From Candidatus Hadarchaeota archaeon (GTDB taxonomy: Archaea > Hadarchaeota > Hadarchaeia > Hadarchaeales > JAGGTB01), in the NCBI GenBank assembly GCA_964608515.1, contig CAZSNS010000004.1:1600-65599 (forward strand): 64,000 nucleotides of DNA, written 5' to 3'. Made by a program: the position numbers and the translations under genes. Positions 1-8,680 of this stretch are shown one piece after another. Position 1 is the first letter of the stretch; each line of letters begins with the position of its first letter. The notes below the pieces were generated by a model. That model saw only the letters and a program-made list of their open reading frames with translations. It ran no database searches and was not told the DNA's origin.

Positions 1-515
1 TAGGACCCCTCAACCTCTTCCATACAGTATTTTACAGCATCAGACAAATCACCGTTTTTGAAACCTTCCAATAGTTTCTTGCAAAGAAGTTCCGTGTCGG
101 AAGTTGATGAAAGACTTCCAAACTTCTCCTTAAGGTCCTCTCTCAACTGAGTATTGTTAACTAAATTACCATTATAACCAATCGCTATTTTCCTTCCGTT
201 ATGCTCGTCGACATACGGTTGAATATCTTCCCAAAGCTTATCTTTCTCTCCAGAGGTAGCATATCTAACATGGCCAATGCCGACAAAACTTTCTAAGTCC
301 TCTATATCCTTAACTGATCCTCCATTCTTGACGGGGACCAATCCCATTCCATTAACTGTTCTGAACTCATTATCCTGAAAAGTAAGCAGGCCATAAGATT
401 GATGGCCACGATGATTCTGGGAAATCATACCCCAGTATAGAGAAGAAGATACATCGCCTTTCTCAAAATCATATGCTCCAATAATTCCGCACGCTTCTTT
501 TGGATTATCCGACAT
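1..515 (-). CDS. purF: amidophosphoribosyltransferase (PurF), N-terminal part; gene continues past window start
   Basis: Reverse-complement translation from ATG at 513-515 gives MSDNPKEACGIIGAYDF...GIGHVRYATSG. This shows the Ntn Cys nucleophile motif CGI(I/V)G and a conserved PurF block. Purine-biosynthesis genes are adjacent. Confidence 0.6.
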   Translation of the reverse strand, partial: MSDNPKEACGIIGAYDFEKGDVSSSLYWGMISQNHRGHQSYGLLTFQDNEFRTVNGMGLVPVKNGGSVKDIEDLESFVGIGHVRYATSGEKDKLWEDIQPYVDEHNGRKIAIGYNGNLVNNTQLREDLKEKFGSLSSTSDTELLCKKLLEGFKNGDLSDAVKYCMEEVEGS

Positions 516-577
516 TCACATAATCCTTTTCGTGAGATGTTAAATGGTTTTCCATAGAAAATTAGAAAAATAGAAAT

Positions 578-1060
578 TCAAAGACTATCTTTAAGGATCT
601 TATCACTATCTTCAATTCTTTCCCTCAATCGTTCTCGGTAAGATTCTATCCTTTCAGAAAGGGAAGGCTTCTTAAGAGCAAGAATTTTCAAAGCAGCAAG
701 AGCAGCATTCTCCGGATTTAAAACCACAAGAGGTCCGACACCGCTCGGCATTCTTAGAGATGAGAAAATGTCCGATCCTGAAAACTTGTCCGAATAGGGT
801 GGACAAGCTATTACGGGAAAGGTCGTATTCGCATCCACAAAACCAGAGAGGGCATTAGAACGACCTGCTACTGTTATGTATACTATTCCTTCTTCGTCTT
901 CGTATTCTTCTATTATGTTTAGAACTTTTTCTGGTGTCTTATGAGCTGAAGCTATTCTAAGCGTAAAGTCTACATCAAATTCATCTAAGAAATCAGTCGC
1001 GGGCTTAATGAATTCTCGATCCTTTTTGGATCCCAAGATGAATATAACTTCTTCAGGCAC
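578..1060 (-). CDS. purE: 5-(carboxyamino)imidazole ribonucleotide mutase / AIR carboxylase PurE
   Basis: 160 aa with a typical PurE fold sequence (VIFILGSKKD..., ITVAGRSNALSG). It lies in a purine cluster. Confidence 0.75.
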   Translation of the reverse strand: MPEEVIFILGSKKDREFIKPATDFLDEFDVDFTLRIASAHKTPEKVLNIIEEYEDEEGIVYITVAGRSNALSGFVDANTTFPVIACPPYSDKFSGSDIFSSLRMPSGVGPLVVLNPENAALAALKILALKKPSLSERIESYRERLRERIEDSDKILKDSL

Positions 1061-1122
1061 AAGATAAATGATTAGTTAAAAACTATTTAAATTTCTGTGT
1101 AACATTTCCCGGCGCTAAATAA

Positions 1123-2145
1123 TTATAGAGAATTTTTCAAATCTTTAACTACTTTTTTGAGGTCTCTGACTTCAAACAATTTTCTTCCTATGTATTTGTT
1201 TGCACCAGCCTGATACATTTCGCTAACTAACTCTTCTATTCCGAGAGGACTAGGACTTTTATCTACTAGCTTTTTCCAGTTTTTTATCCCTTCGTTTTTC
1301 GCCTTTTCCTTAGCTTCTTTAACTTCATCAACCCAATCAGGTTGTTCTTTCCTGTAAGCTTGCCTCAGTACTTCCTTACTAACTTGAACCGAATCAAAAG
1401 TAAACCTGGCCTCATCGAAAGTTCCAGCAACATCACCGACCACAATATTCCCATCGATATGAAGAAACTCTAGTTTGCCATCATCATGCCTCATACCCAA
1501 ACTCTCTGCCCTTTCTGTAATCGCTTGATTAGACTTATTAGCTAACTCAAAAACTTTTTGAAGAGAAATACCTGAAATCCGTTCAGCCTCTTCATCATCA
1601 ATATACCTATCTTGTTCCTCAAGTTTCGTAGAAGCCTCAACAACAGGATTATCCAAAGAAACAGGACTTTCCGGCCATTCTTTCATGTCCAGTTCTAATT
1701 CTTGAGGAGTGTATCTTCTCCTAGCGGAAGAGCCCTTGGGTATCCTGTTTCGATATATGATTTCAAGTGGGATCAAATAGTTATTTACTGAAGGGTTTTG
1801 AAATTTCGAGTAATCATATTCACCGTTCCTAAATTCCGGTTCTAGTACGTTTACTAGTTTTATGTGCATTTTTTCGGAAGGACTGTCAAGTTCATCTAAT
1901 TTTTTTATCTCGCCGTCTTCTTCTAATCCAAGATAGTGAGTTTTTATCCCTTTCTGTTCTAGTATTTCGAAAGTGTAGGCACCCATAAGTGCTAAGGATT
2001 CACCCTTTCTATCTATGTTTACCGGCATTTCACCCCAATCAAAAACGGAATATCTGTCAGAAAAGTGAAAGATTGCTCGTCCCGGTTTATCAGAAGTAGG
2101 TTCCTTTATTACTTCTAAATCCTTTACACTTCCCATCTTTATCAC
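1123..2145 (-). CDS. purC: SAICAR synthetase (PurC, long eukaryote/yeast-ADE1-like form)
   Basis: 340 aa. Blocks resemble ADE1-type SAICAR synthetase (GSVKDL..., SDRYSVFDW, LIPLEIIYRN, IVVGDVAGTFDEARF). Purine context. Confidence 0.7.
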   Translation of the reverse strand: MIKMGSVKDLEVIKEPTSDKPGRAIFHFSDRYSVFDWGEMPVNIDRKGESLALMGAYTFEILEQKGIKTHYLGLEEDGEIKKLDELDSPSEKMHIKLVNVLEPEFRNGEYDYSKFQNPSVNNYLIPLEIIYRNRIPKGSSARRRYTPQELELDMKEWPESPVSLDNPVVEASTKLEEQDRYIDDEEAERISGISLQKVFELANKSNQAITERAESLGMRHDDGKLEFLHIDGNIVVGDVAGTFDEARFTFDSVQVSKEVLRQAYRKEQPDWVDEVKEAKEKAKNEGIKNWKKLVDKSPSPLGIEELVSEMYQAGANKYIGRKLFEVRDLKKVVKDLKNSL

Positions 2146-2227
2146 TCATATTTTTCTTTAAACTATAATTAAATCTGTTTATCGAAAACGGTTTTATTAT
2201 CACAAAATAAAACGTTTAAAACAACCT

Positions 2228-3328
2228 ATGATTGGTAAGAAAAAGATTGATGAGAAAATTTCCGAGTATGGGGATGACCTAACTATAGGAGTCTTGTGTT
2301 CTCATTCGGCACTCCAAATAATACACGGGGCTAAACTGGAAGGATTTAAAACGATTGGAATTTGTCCGGAAGAGAGGAAAAGAACTTATAATGCATTCCC
2401 CCGGGCCAGACCGGATGAGTTTTTGGAGGTTGATGAATTTGGGAATGTGCTCGATGAGGAGAATCAGGAGAAACTATTGGAGGAGAATACGATTATTATT
2501 CCTCATGGTTCTTTTGTGGAGTATGTGGGTGCTGAGAATCTTTTGAGAGAGTTTGAAGTTCCTATTTTTGGAAATAGAGATTCTTTGAAACAGGAGGGTA
2601 AGAGAAGTAAGCAGAGAGATTGGTTGGAAAAGGCGGGTGTTAGTATGCCAAAGTATTACGATGATCCTTCAGAAATTGATGAGAAAGTTTTTGTGAAATT
2701 TAGTGGGGCTAAAGGCGGAAGAGGTTTCTTTACTGCTAAGTCAGAAGAAGAGTTCGATGAAAAAATACAAGATAGATTGAACGACGGGATTATATCCGAG
2801 GAAGATTTAGAAGATATTGCCATTCAAGAATTCGTTCCCGGTGTAAGGTATTATCCTCATTATTTTTACTCAGTTTTTAACAAACAGGGAGCTGAAGTCG
2901 GTGAAGGTGCTCTTGAAATTCTTGGAATGGACCGTCGGATAGAACCTATTGACGAAGTTTATAGAGGATTGCCTGAAGTTTCCAACGAATTTTTTGATTA
3001 CACCGTGACTGGAAACGAACCTCTAGTAATTAGGGAAAAATTACTCGTTGATCTAGTAGAGATAGGGACAAAAGTAATCGAAGAATCTTCGGAACTTTTC
3101 CCTCCAGGATTAGTGGGTCCTTTTTGTCTTGAAACAGTATATCATCCTGAGAGAGGCTTTACTGTATTTGAAATTTCAGGAAGGATTGTAGCGGGCACGA
3201 ACTTGTTTACTCAAGGGTCTCCTTATTCTTATTATTATTTTGAAGAACCTATGTCTACAGGAAGAAGAATAGCAAGAGAAATTAAGGAAGGAAAAAAAAG
3301 AGAACAGTTAGAGAAAATAATTTACTAA
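2228..3328 (+). CDS. purP: 5-formaminoimidazole-4-carboxamide ribonucleotide (FAICAR) synthetase PurP, ATP-grasp
   Basis: 366 aa. N-terminal IGVLCSHSALQI motif and ATP-grasp blocks typical of archaeal PurP. Confidence 0.7.
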   Translation: MIGKKKIDEKISEYGDDLTIGVLCSHSALQIIHGAKLEGFKTIGICPEERKRTYNAFPRARPDEFLEVDEFGNVLDEENQEKLLEENTIIIPHGSFVEYVGAENLLREFEVPIFGNRDSLKQEGKRSKQRDWLEKAGVSMPKYYDDPSEIDEKVFVKFSGAKGGRGFFTAKSEEEFDEKIQDRLNDGIISEEDLEDIAIQEFVPGVRYYPHYFYSVFNKQGAEVGEGALEILGMDRRIEPIDEVYRGLPEVSNEFFDYTVTGNEPLVIREKLLVDLVEIGTKVIEESSELFPPGLVGPFCLETVYHPERGFTVFEISGRIVAGTNLFTQGSPYSYYYFEEPMSTGRRIAREIKEGKKREQLEKIIY

Positions 3329-3338
3329 AGGTGATGTT

Positions 3339-4547
3339 ATGTCGAAACGTGAAGAAATTGAAAGGTCGAAAGTTCAGGAAATAGCTTCTGAATACGATCC
3401 TGAAAATATTACAATTGGTATTTTCGGTTCTCATTCCGCCTTACCGATTGGTTATTCAGCTAAAAAGGCTGATTTTTCCACGATGATTTTCACAAAAAGT
3501 GGCAGAGAAAGAACCTACGCCGAACACAACTCAGCCTTATATGATGACATTATGGTGCTGGACGATTGGGAGGAAATGCTTTCAGAAGAAAAACAAGGAA
3601 AAATGAGAGAAAAAAACGTAGTGTTTATCCCGAACAGGTCCTTCGTCGTGTATGTGGGTTTAGAAAATATAGAATCCGATTTTAAAGTGCCTCTTTACGG
3701 AGCCAGACACTTATTACGGGCTGAAGAAAGAAACGCATCTCCGCCGAGAAACCAGTATTATTTATTAGAACAATCCGGGATAAGAACACCTAAACTTTTC
3801 GATAATCCTGAAAATATCGATAGACTCTCCGTTGTAAAAGTCCATCAAAAAGACAACCCTCTAGAAAGAGCTTACTTCTACCCCAGCAATCCAGAAGAAT
3901 ACCATCAAATGGCTGAAGAAAAAATTGAATCAGGAGAAATAAGTGAGAAAGGGTTGGAAGAGGCAGCGATAGAGGAATTTATTGTTGGTCCTATGTTGAA
4001 TGCTAACTTTCACTCGTATGCATTGAATCATTCTGATTCGAAAATATTTTCGAACGATATTGATTTGGTTGGTTTCAGTGATCGAGAGCAAACTAACGAG
4101 ACAGGTTTTAGAAACCTTCCTGCTGATTTACAGTTGGAGCTTTCGGAGAAAGATCTTACCCGGACGAATGAGGAAATCTGTCACCAAGGTAAAACTCTTA
4201 GAGAATCGAAACTGGAAATGATTTATGAAACTGCAGAATCACTTATGGAGACTTTAAATGAAGAAGTCCCGCCGGGAATGATTGGGCCGATTGGTATTCA
4301 GGGTGCGGTTCCTACTGATGAGGGTAATCGTCCTGAGTTTGTGGTTTTTGATTTGAGTTTTAGGGTTCCTGGTGATCCTGCGATGGGTCCGACTTCCCCA
4401 TATCTTAGGTATTTGGATGTTAAACATTCTGAAATTTATGGTGAGTTTATGCCTTCCGATTGGAAGGTTGAGGATCCGGTTGATTTGTCAATGCTTGAGA
4501 TAGGAAAAGCTGCGGAAGAAGGAATTTTGGAGAAAATAGTTTCTTGA
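3339..4547 (+). CDS. purP: PurP paralog (FAICAR synthetase family), tandem to the first
   Basis: 402 aa. IGIFGSHSALPIGY N-terminal motif and the same ATP-grasp architecture. It starts 11 bp after the preceding purP. Confidence 0.6.
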   Translation: MSKREEIERSKVQEIASEYDPENITIGIFGSHSALPIGYSAKKADFSTMIFTKSGRERTYAEHNSALYDDIMVLDDWEEMLSEEKQGKMREKNVVFIPNRSFVVYVGLENIESDFKVPLYGARHLLRAEERNASPPRNQYYLLEQSGIRTPKLFDNPENIDRLSVVKVHQKDNPLERAYFYPSNPEEYHQMAEEKIESGEISEKGLEEAAIEEFIVGPMLNANFHSYALNHSDSKIFSNDIDLVGFSDREQTNETGFRNLPADLQLELSEKDLTRTNEEICHQGKTLRESKLEMIYETAESLMETLNEEVPPGMIGPIGIQGAVPTDEGNRPEFVVFDLSFRVPGDPAMGPTSPYLRYLDVKHSEIYGEFMPSDWKVEDPVDLSMLEIGKAAEEGILEKIVS

Positions 4548-4551
4548 ACTA

Positions 4552-5061
4552 TTAATCGTCTTTCTGTGTTTCATCTTCTTTTTCTAGCTTATTTTTTAAT
4601 TCTTCACACCATTCTTCGATCTTTTTTGTTTTCTCTTCCTTGTTTTTCGAAACTTTACTAACCACAAGTTTTCCGATTGGTTTTTGATCATTTGCCAATT
4701 CTTGCATAATAGAGAAAGTGTTTTGGGTTTCATCCGAATCATTTGTATTGAAAAAAGCGATACGGTTATCTGATAAATCAAATCTTTTGAGATAAACCCT
4801 CATAGCCGGCGGTAATTTTCTCGCCCAGACCGGGCAACCAAGTAATACTAAATCATAATCATTTGGCGAAAACTCTGGAGGTTTAATTTCTGTCTCACCT
4901 GCCACCATCGCCTCAACCGCCGATCTTAAAAATCCAAATTTTCCAGTTCTATCTGTTTTGTCTATTATCTCTTCGATTTCTGCATCTAAGAATTCTGCTA
5001 TTTTTTCGGCTACAGATTGAGTTTTTCCTGATCGGGAATAGTAGATTACTAGTGGGTTCAT
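4552..5061 (-). CDS. flavodoxin-like protein
   Basis: 169 aa. N-terminal VIYYSRSGKTQSVAEKIAE FMN-binding loop motif. Confidence 0.55.
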   Translation of the reverse strand: MNPLVIYYSRSGKTQSVAEKIAEFLDAEIEEIIDKTDRTGKFGFLRSAVEAMVAGETEIKPPEFSPNDYDLVLLGCPVWARKLPPAMRVYLKRFDLSDNRIAFFNTNDSDETQNTFSIMQELANDQKPIGKLVVSKVSKNKEEKTKKIEEWCEELKNKLEKEDETQKDD

Positions 5062-5094
5062 TCTGGTTTTTGTTTTGTGTTGGTTTGATAAATG

Positions 5095-5120
5095 TTTTTT
5101 GTTATGGGTGTAACAAAAAA
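5095..5120 (+). repeat. 25-bp palindromic intergenic element, copy 1 (TTTTTGTTA-TGGGTG-TAACAAAAA)
   Basis: Exact sequence read. 9-bp arms with a 6-nt loop and T/A tracts on both sides. Confidence 0.9.
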
Positions 5121-5167
5121 TTTTGAAGAATGTTTTAAAGGATAATAGTAAATTTTAGAACGATTTT

Positions 5168-6556
5168 ATGAATTCGAAAGAAGGATTGACTATTTTAGTT
5201 TTAATTTGGATCATTACTTTGCCCGTATTTCATCATTTTTACCCTTTCGTAGGGGAAGTTACTGATAATCCTTCATACCCTCCTGGGATAGACCATTCTA
5301 CTAGAGAAAATAGGTACAAAAATTACAATCAGTTGGCGAGTAAGATTGATGAAAATATTCCCGTTTTTAATGTTATTGGAAATCATGAATTGAAATCTAT
5401 CGAAAATTATGAGGAAGTTCATAACGATTATTATGGATATTTTCAATACTCGGACAAACCTTCAGCTGCCCCTAATAGTTTATCTCCATATTATTGGTAT
5501 TCCTGGAACCTTAACGGTTACCACTTTATCGCGCTAAATACAAACGAAAATTATACAAATCCATTTCTTCATGGTCACGGCCCTAAACATTTTTTTGGCG
5601 GAGCTTTTTCGATGACCAAAAAACAAATTGAATGGCTTAAGAATAACTTGAAAAAAACTGAAAATCCGACAATCGTCTTTTGTCACGTTCCTCTGGACGG
5701 TTACGGTCTGACAAGTTATGACACTCTCACTAATCAAGAGAAAATAAGAAATATTTTTGAAAAAAGCGGTAAAGTTGCGGCAGTTATTCAGGGGCATACA
5801 CATCATATGGCTAGTCCTGAATATAACGGGTATAAATGGGTTGATAATGGAATTCCTTATTTTTATTTACCAGCTCTAGGCTCACCTCTCGGCGGGCCTA
5901 GATATTCTGTTTTGAATCTAATGCCTGAAAAAAAGAGGATTGAGATTAGAACTGAAGCTATAGAAGAGGTAACTTCTCTTTTTTCGGATGAAAATTGGAA
6001 TGTTTCTTATCAAAAAAATCATGCTGAATCTTTCAAAATAAAAACTAGTTTCCACGTTTCTGAAGGTAAGAATCATTTTACTCTTAGAGACTTAGATTCA
6101 GATGTAGAATATGAAGCTAGTATTGGTTGGGAAAACTATACAGAGAACGAAATGGGAGATGTTGCAAATAAAGTTTTGAAAAAAAGAATTGTTAAAGGTC
6201 AGAGTAAAAATTTCAAGTTTAAACCCACCGAAAGTTTTGATTTCAGTAACATCGCTGGGGAAGATAATAAACCAGTTAAGATAGAGAACGTTAAGACTGT
6301 CGGTGATGTGACTAAGATCATTTACAGTTCAAGCTCCGAACTCTTCAAAACAAATCTCCAAATAAATAATTCAACTTCAAGAAATGTAGAAATTGCTGTT
6401 ATCAACGATTTTCACTCGGGTCCAAAAAGACTAGAATTATTTTCCCAAGAAAATGCAAACCGAATTTTTAAAAAATTTTCAGGAATTGTAAATTCACAAA
6501 AATTCAATTTTGTTGTAAACAATGGGGACTGGATAGACGGTCACCAAGCGAGGTAG
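5168..6556 (+). CDS. calcineurin-like metallophosphoesterase, N-terminally membrane-anchored or secreted
   Basis: 462 aa. Hydrophobic N-terminus, GNHE motif (VIGNHE), and the later GHTHH block of metallophosphoesterases. Confidence 0.5.
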   Translation: MNSKEGLTILVLIWIITLPVFHHFYPFVGEVTDNPSYPPGIDHSTRENRYKNYNQLASKIDENIPVFNVIGNHELKSIENYEEVHNDYYGYFQYSDKPSAAPNSLSPYYWYSWNLNGYHFIALNTNENYTNPFLHGHGPKHFFGGAFSMTKKQIEWLKNNLKKTENPTIVFCHVPLDGYGLTSYDTLTNQEKIRNIFEKSGKVAAVIQGHTHHMASPEYNGYKWVDNGIPYFYLPALGSPLGGPRYSVLNLMPEKKRIEIRTEAIEEVTSLFSDENWNVSYQKNHAESFKIKTSFHVSEGKNHFTLRDLDSDVEYEASIGWENYTENEMGDVANKVLKKRIVKGQSKNFKFKPTESFDFSNIAGEDNKPVKIENVKTVGDVTKIIYSSSSELFKTNLQINNSTSRNVEIAVINDFHSGPKRLELFSQENANRIFKKFSGIVNSQKFNFVVNNGDWIDGHQAR

Positions 6557-6559
6557 ATT

Positions 6560-7003
6560 ATGGAGAATTCCGTAAATTTAGACTCTCATTCCGAGAAAAA
6601 TGTTCTTGGGAGGCGGATAATCGGCGCTATTATTGATATCTTGTTAATCGTGCCGATTACATCCTGGATACTTTATTTTTGTCATAAGTTCGGTTTGATT
6701 GATTTAGGATCTATAGCTTATATTTTAGCAATTGGAACATTTGTCGGCTTATTGTTCATCTACACCTCTCTTTCAGAGGGGAAATCAGGACAAACTTTGG
6801 GCAAAGTAATTGCTAAAATTAAAGTTGTGAAAAAAGACGGGCGCGAATGTACTTATAAAGCATCATTGGTTAGAAACTTAGTCAGAATATTCCCCGACGG
6901 TTTATTTTTATATCTCGTCGGTTTAATTTCCATGATTTTCTCAGATAAGTCTCAAAGACTGGGAGATTACATGGCTAGTACTATTGTGGTGAAAGTTGAG
7001 TAA
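6560..7003 (+). CDS. RDD-family membrane protein
   Basis: 147 aa. RRIIGAIIDILL RDD-like N-terminus plus TM helices. Confidence 0.45.
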   Translation: MENSVNLDSHSEKNVLGRRIIGAIIDILLIVPITSWILYFCHKFGLIDLGSIAYILAIGTFVGLLFIYTSLSEGKSGQTLGKVIAKIKVVKKDGRECTYKASLVRNLVRIFPDGLFLYLVGLISMIFSDKSQRLGDYMASTIVVKVE

Positions 7004-7030
7004 TTTTTTTGTTATGGGTGTAACAAAAAA
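7004..7030 (+). repeat. 25-bp palindromic element, copy 2
   Basis: Exact match. It directly abuts the stop codon at 7001-7003. Confidence 0.9.
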
Positions 7031-7073
7031 TTTGAAGTGGGTAAATTTATTTGTGTTGTCCTGATGAGGATAG

Positions 7074-7631
7074 ATGGAGTCAGATATTTTGGCTGAAGAA
7101 AATGAAGAAGAAATAGAAGAAGAGGTAGAAGAAACCGAAGAAGTAGAAGAAGAGATCGAAGAGGAGCCGGAAGAGGAAGAGCCGCAAGAACTTGATAATA
7201 GTGAAATTGATGCTGTGCCGATGATTATGTGTTCTGACGATTCTGTTTTGATGGAAATTGAAGGAACTGAAATCAAGGAAACAGAGGAAAGGAGTTTTCT
7301 CTTTTCGACAAGTACTGAAAGTCATATGAATCTGAAGTATGTTTGTCCCAAATGTGGAAGACATTACTTCTACGACATGGAGCAAAAAAGACAGGGATGC
7401 TTTATAGCCACTGCAGCTTACGGAACTCCCTTCTCTCAAGAAATAAATGTACTTCGTAGATTTAGAGACTCTTATCTTGTACATAGAGAATGGGGACAGG
7501 AAATTGTTAACATGTATTATACCATCTCCCCGCCGATAGCTAATATTATTGAAAAAGACGATAATCTTAGAAAAATAGTCAGAACTTGCCTAAAACCCTT
7601 AGTAGAGCTCTTCAAAGAAAAAGATTCATAA
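7074..7631 (+). CDS. hypothetical protein: poly-E acidic N-terminus plus CPKC Zn-ribbon and a CFIATAAYG segment
   Basis: 185 aa. EEEIEEEVEE low-complexity run, CPKCGRHYFY, CFIATAAYGTP. Confidence 0.4.
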   Translation: MESDILAEENEEEIEEEVEETEEVEEEIEEEPEEEEPQELDNSEIDAVPMIMCSDDSVLMEIEGTEIKETEERSFLFSTSTESHMNLKYVCPKCGRHYFYDMEQKRQGCFIATAAYGTPFSQEINVLRRFRDSYLVHREWGQEIVNMYYTISPPIANIIEKDDNLRKIVRTCLKPLVELFKEKDS

Positions 7632-7826
7632 AAAATCAAAAACCAGTTCCATTCTTAATATTAGAGATTGGAAAACTCTTCGAAAAATCTAGATTTTAGG
7701 AACTGGATAGGCGTTTTTCGATCCGAGAAGTTAGTGTTTGGTAACAGTTTTCTCACGAATCCTAACTAAACGGGACACTTCATTCAGAATAGAATTTATG
7801 ATAAATAGCGACTCTAATAAAAGAGG

Positions 7827-7855
7827 TTTTTTTGTTATGGGTGTAACAAAAAAAA
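7827..7855 (+). repeat. 25-bp palindromic element, copy 3
   Basis: Exact match. It sits between convergent genes and abuts the stop at 7856-7858. Confidence 0.9.
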
Positions 7856-8416
7856 TCAGGAAATCTTCTCACGTAACGGTCTTATCCTTTCTTCCAACTT
7901 TTTAGAAAATTCTTCATTATCAGTCCAATCATGTCTCAATAAATTTTGGCATTCCTCTACTACCCTTCTGATTCTTTGAAGTTCTTCATTTCCAACTTTA
8001 TCTCGAGAGTCTATCGATAACAAGGAATCGATCTCAGAGTTCAAAGATTCTTCTCGTGTAACCTCAACCCTCTCCAAGACCCCTTTCATAGCTTTCATTC
8101 GGTCTTCTGATGGAAGAATTCCGTCGAAGGAGTATAAGTCGATTTTTTCCCATTTAGGATCGTTGAAAAAGTTATCGAGCGAGTTTTGAGCTGATTTTGG
8201 GATGGCGATTACGCTTTTTCCTAAACGTAAGTGAGGGAGAGGGGTGACGATGCCAGGGTAAAAATTTTCATAGACATTTTCTCGACCGTTTTTGTCCTCC
8301 CTAGTTGTTTTGGAGTTGAAACCGAAGAGTTTTCTATAAAATTTAGTTCTTTTTCCTCCTTTGAATTGGAGGTCGAAACTGTAAACTCGGGCTAATGTGT
8401 TTTTTTCTATTTTCAT
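7856..8416 (-). CDS. hypothetical protein (187 aa)
   Basis: The ORF-track N-terminal extension (CYTHNKK x2) is a translation of the palindromic repeats. The likely real start is the ATG at 8416 (MKIEKN...). Confidence 0.45.
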   Translation of the reverse strand: MKIEKNTLARVYSFDLQFKGGKRTKFYRKLFGFNSKTTREDKNGRENVYENFYPGIVTPLPHLRLGKSVIAIPKSAQNSLDNFFNDPKWEKIDLYSFDGILPSEDRMKAMKGVLERVEVTREESLNSEIDSLLSIDSRDKVGNEELQRIRRVVEECQNLLRHDWTDNEEFSKKLEERIRPLREKIS

Positions 8417-8420
8417 TGAT

Positions 8421-8444
8421 TTTTTGTTATGGGTGTAACAAAAA
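8421..8444 (+). repeat. palindromic element, copy 4 (right A-tract shortened)
   Basis: TTTTTGTTATGGGTGTAACAAAAA, located 5 bp upstream of the start codon at 8416. Confidence 0.85.
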
Positions 8445-8460
8445 TAAAACTTGTGAACCA

Positions 8461-8488
8461 CACACCCACCCCTTCGTTTCGACTGGAG
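8461..8488 (-). promoter_or_regulatory. ORB-like origin recognition box A (inverted)
   Basis: Minus strand reads CTCCAGTCGAAACGAAGGGGTGGGTGTG. That is a TCCAGTnGAAA dyad followed by a G-string. Confidence 0.45.
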
Positions 8489-8514
8489 TATAATAAAAAA
8501 TAAAAAAACAATTA

Positions 8515-8541
8515 TTTTTTTGTTATGGGTGTAACAAAAAA
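8515..8541 (+). repeat. 25-bp palindromic element, copy 5 (inside the AT-rich tract between the ORB-like boxes)
   Basis: Exact match. Confidence 0.9.
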
Positions 8542-8641
8542 TAAATAATAAACATAAGTACAAACAACAGTCAAGAAACAAAACAGAAAACGTCTATTAC
8601 TTATTAATAATAATTTTGCGCGGACACGGACTGATAATGGC

Positions 8642-8666
8642 TTCCAGTGGAAATGGGGGGGTGGGG
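8642..8666 (+). promoter_or_regulatory. ORB-like origin recognition box B
   Basis: TTCCAGTGGAAAT followed by GGGGGGGTGGGG. It matches the archaeal ORB dyad + G-string architecture and is inverted relative to box A across a 150-bp AT-rich tract. Confidence 0.5.
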
Positions 8667-8680
8667 TATGTTTTTCAATT

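Noticed and set aside
2355-2546. Numerous short ORFs in the six-frame track that lie antisense to, or nested in, clearly homologous genes (e.g. 2355-2546, 4596-4781, 9282-10031, 12389-12733, 48458-49287, 54719-55028, 58305-58574)
   Set aside because: They overlap well-supported genes on the other strand or frame. They have low-complexity or repetitive translations and no motifs.
7856-8581. Long N-terminal extensions in the track for 7856-8581, 9712-10659, 10667-11626 and 38560-39522
   Set aside because: The extensions translate palindromic repeats (CYTHNKK x2) or overlap neighbouring genes. Internal ATGs at 8416, 9835, 11416 and 38680 give proteins that begin at the conserved domain.
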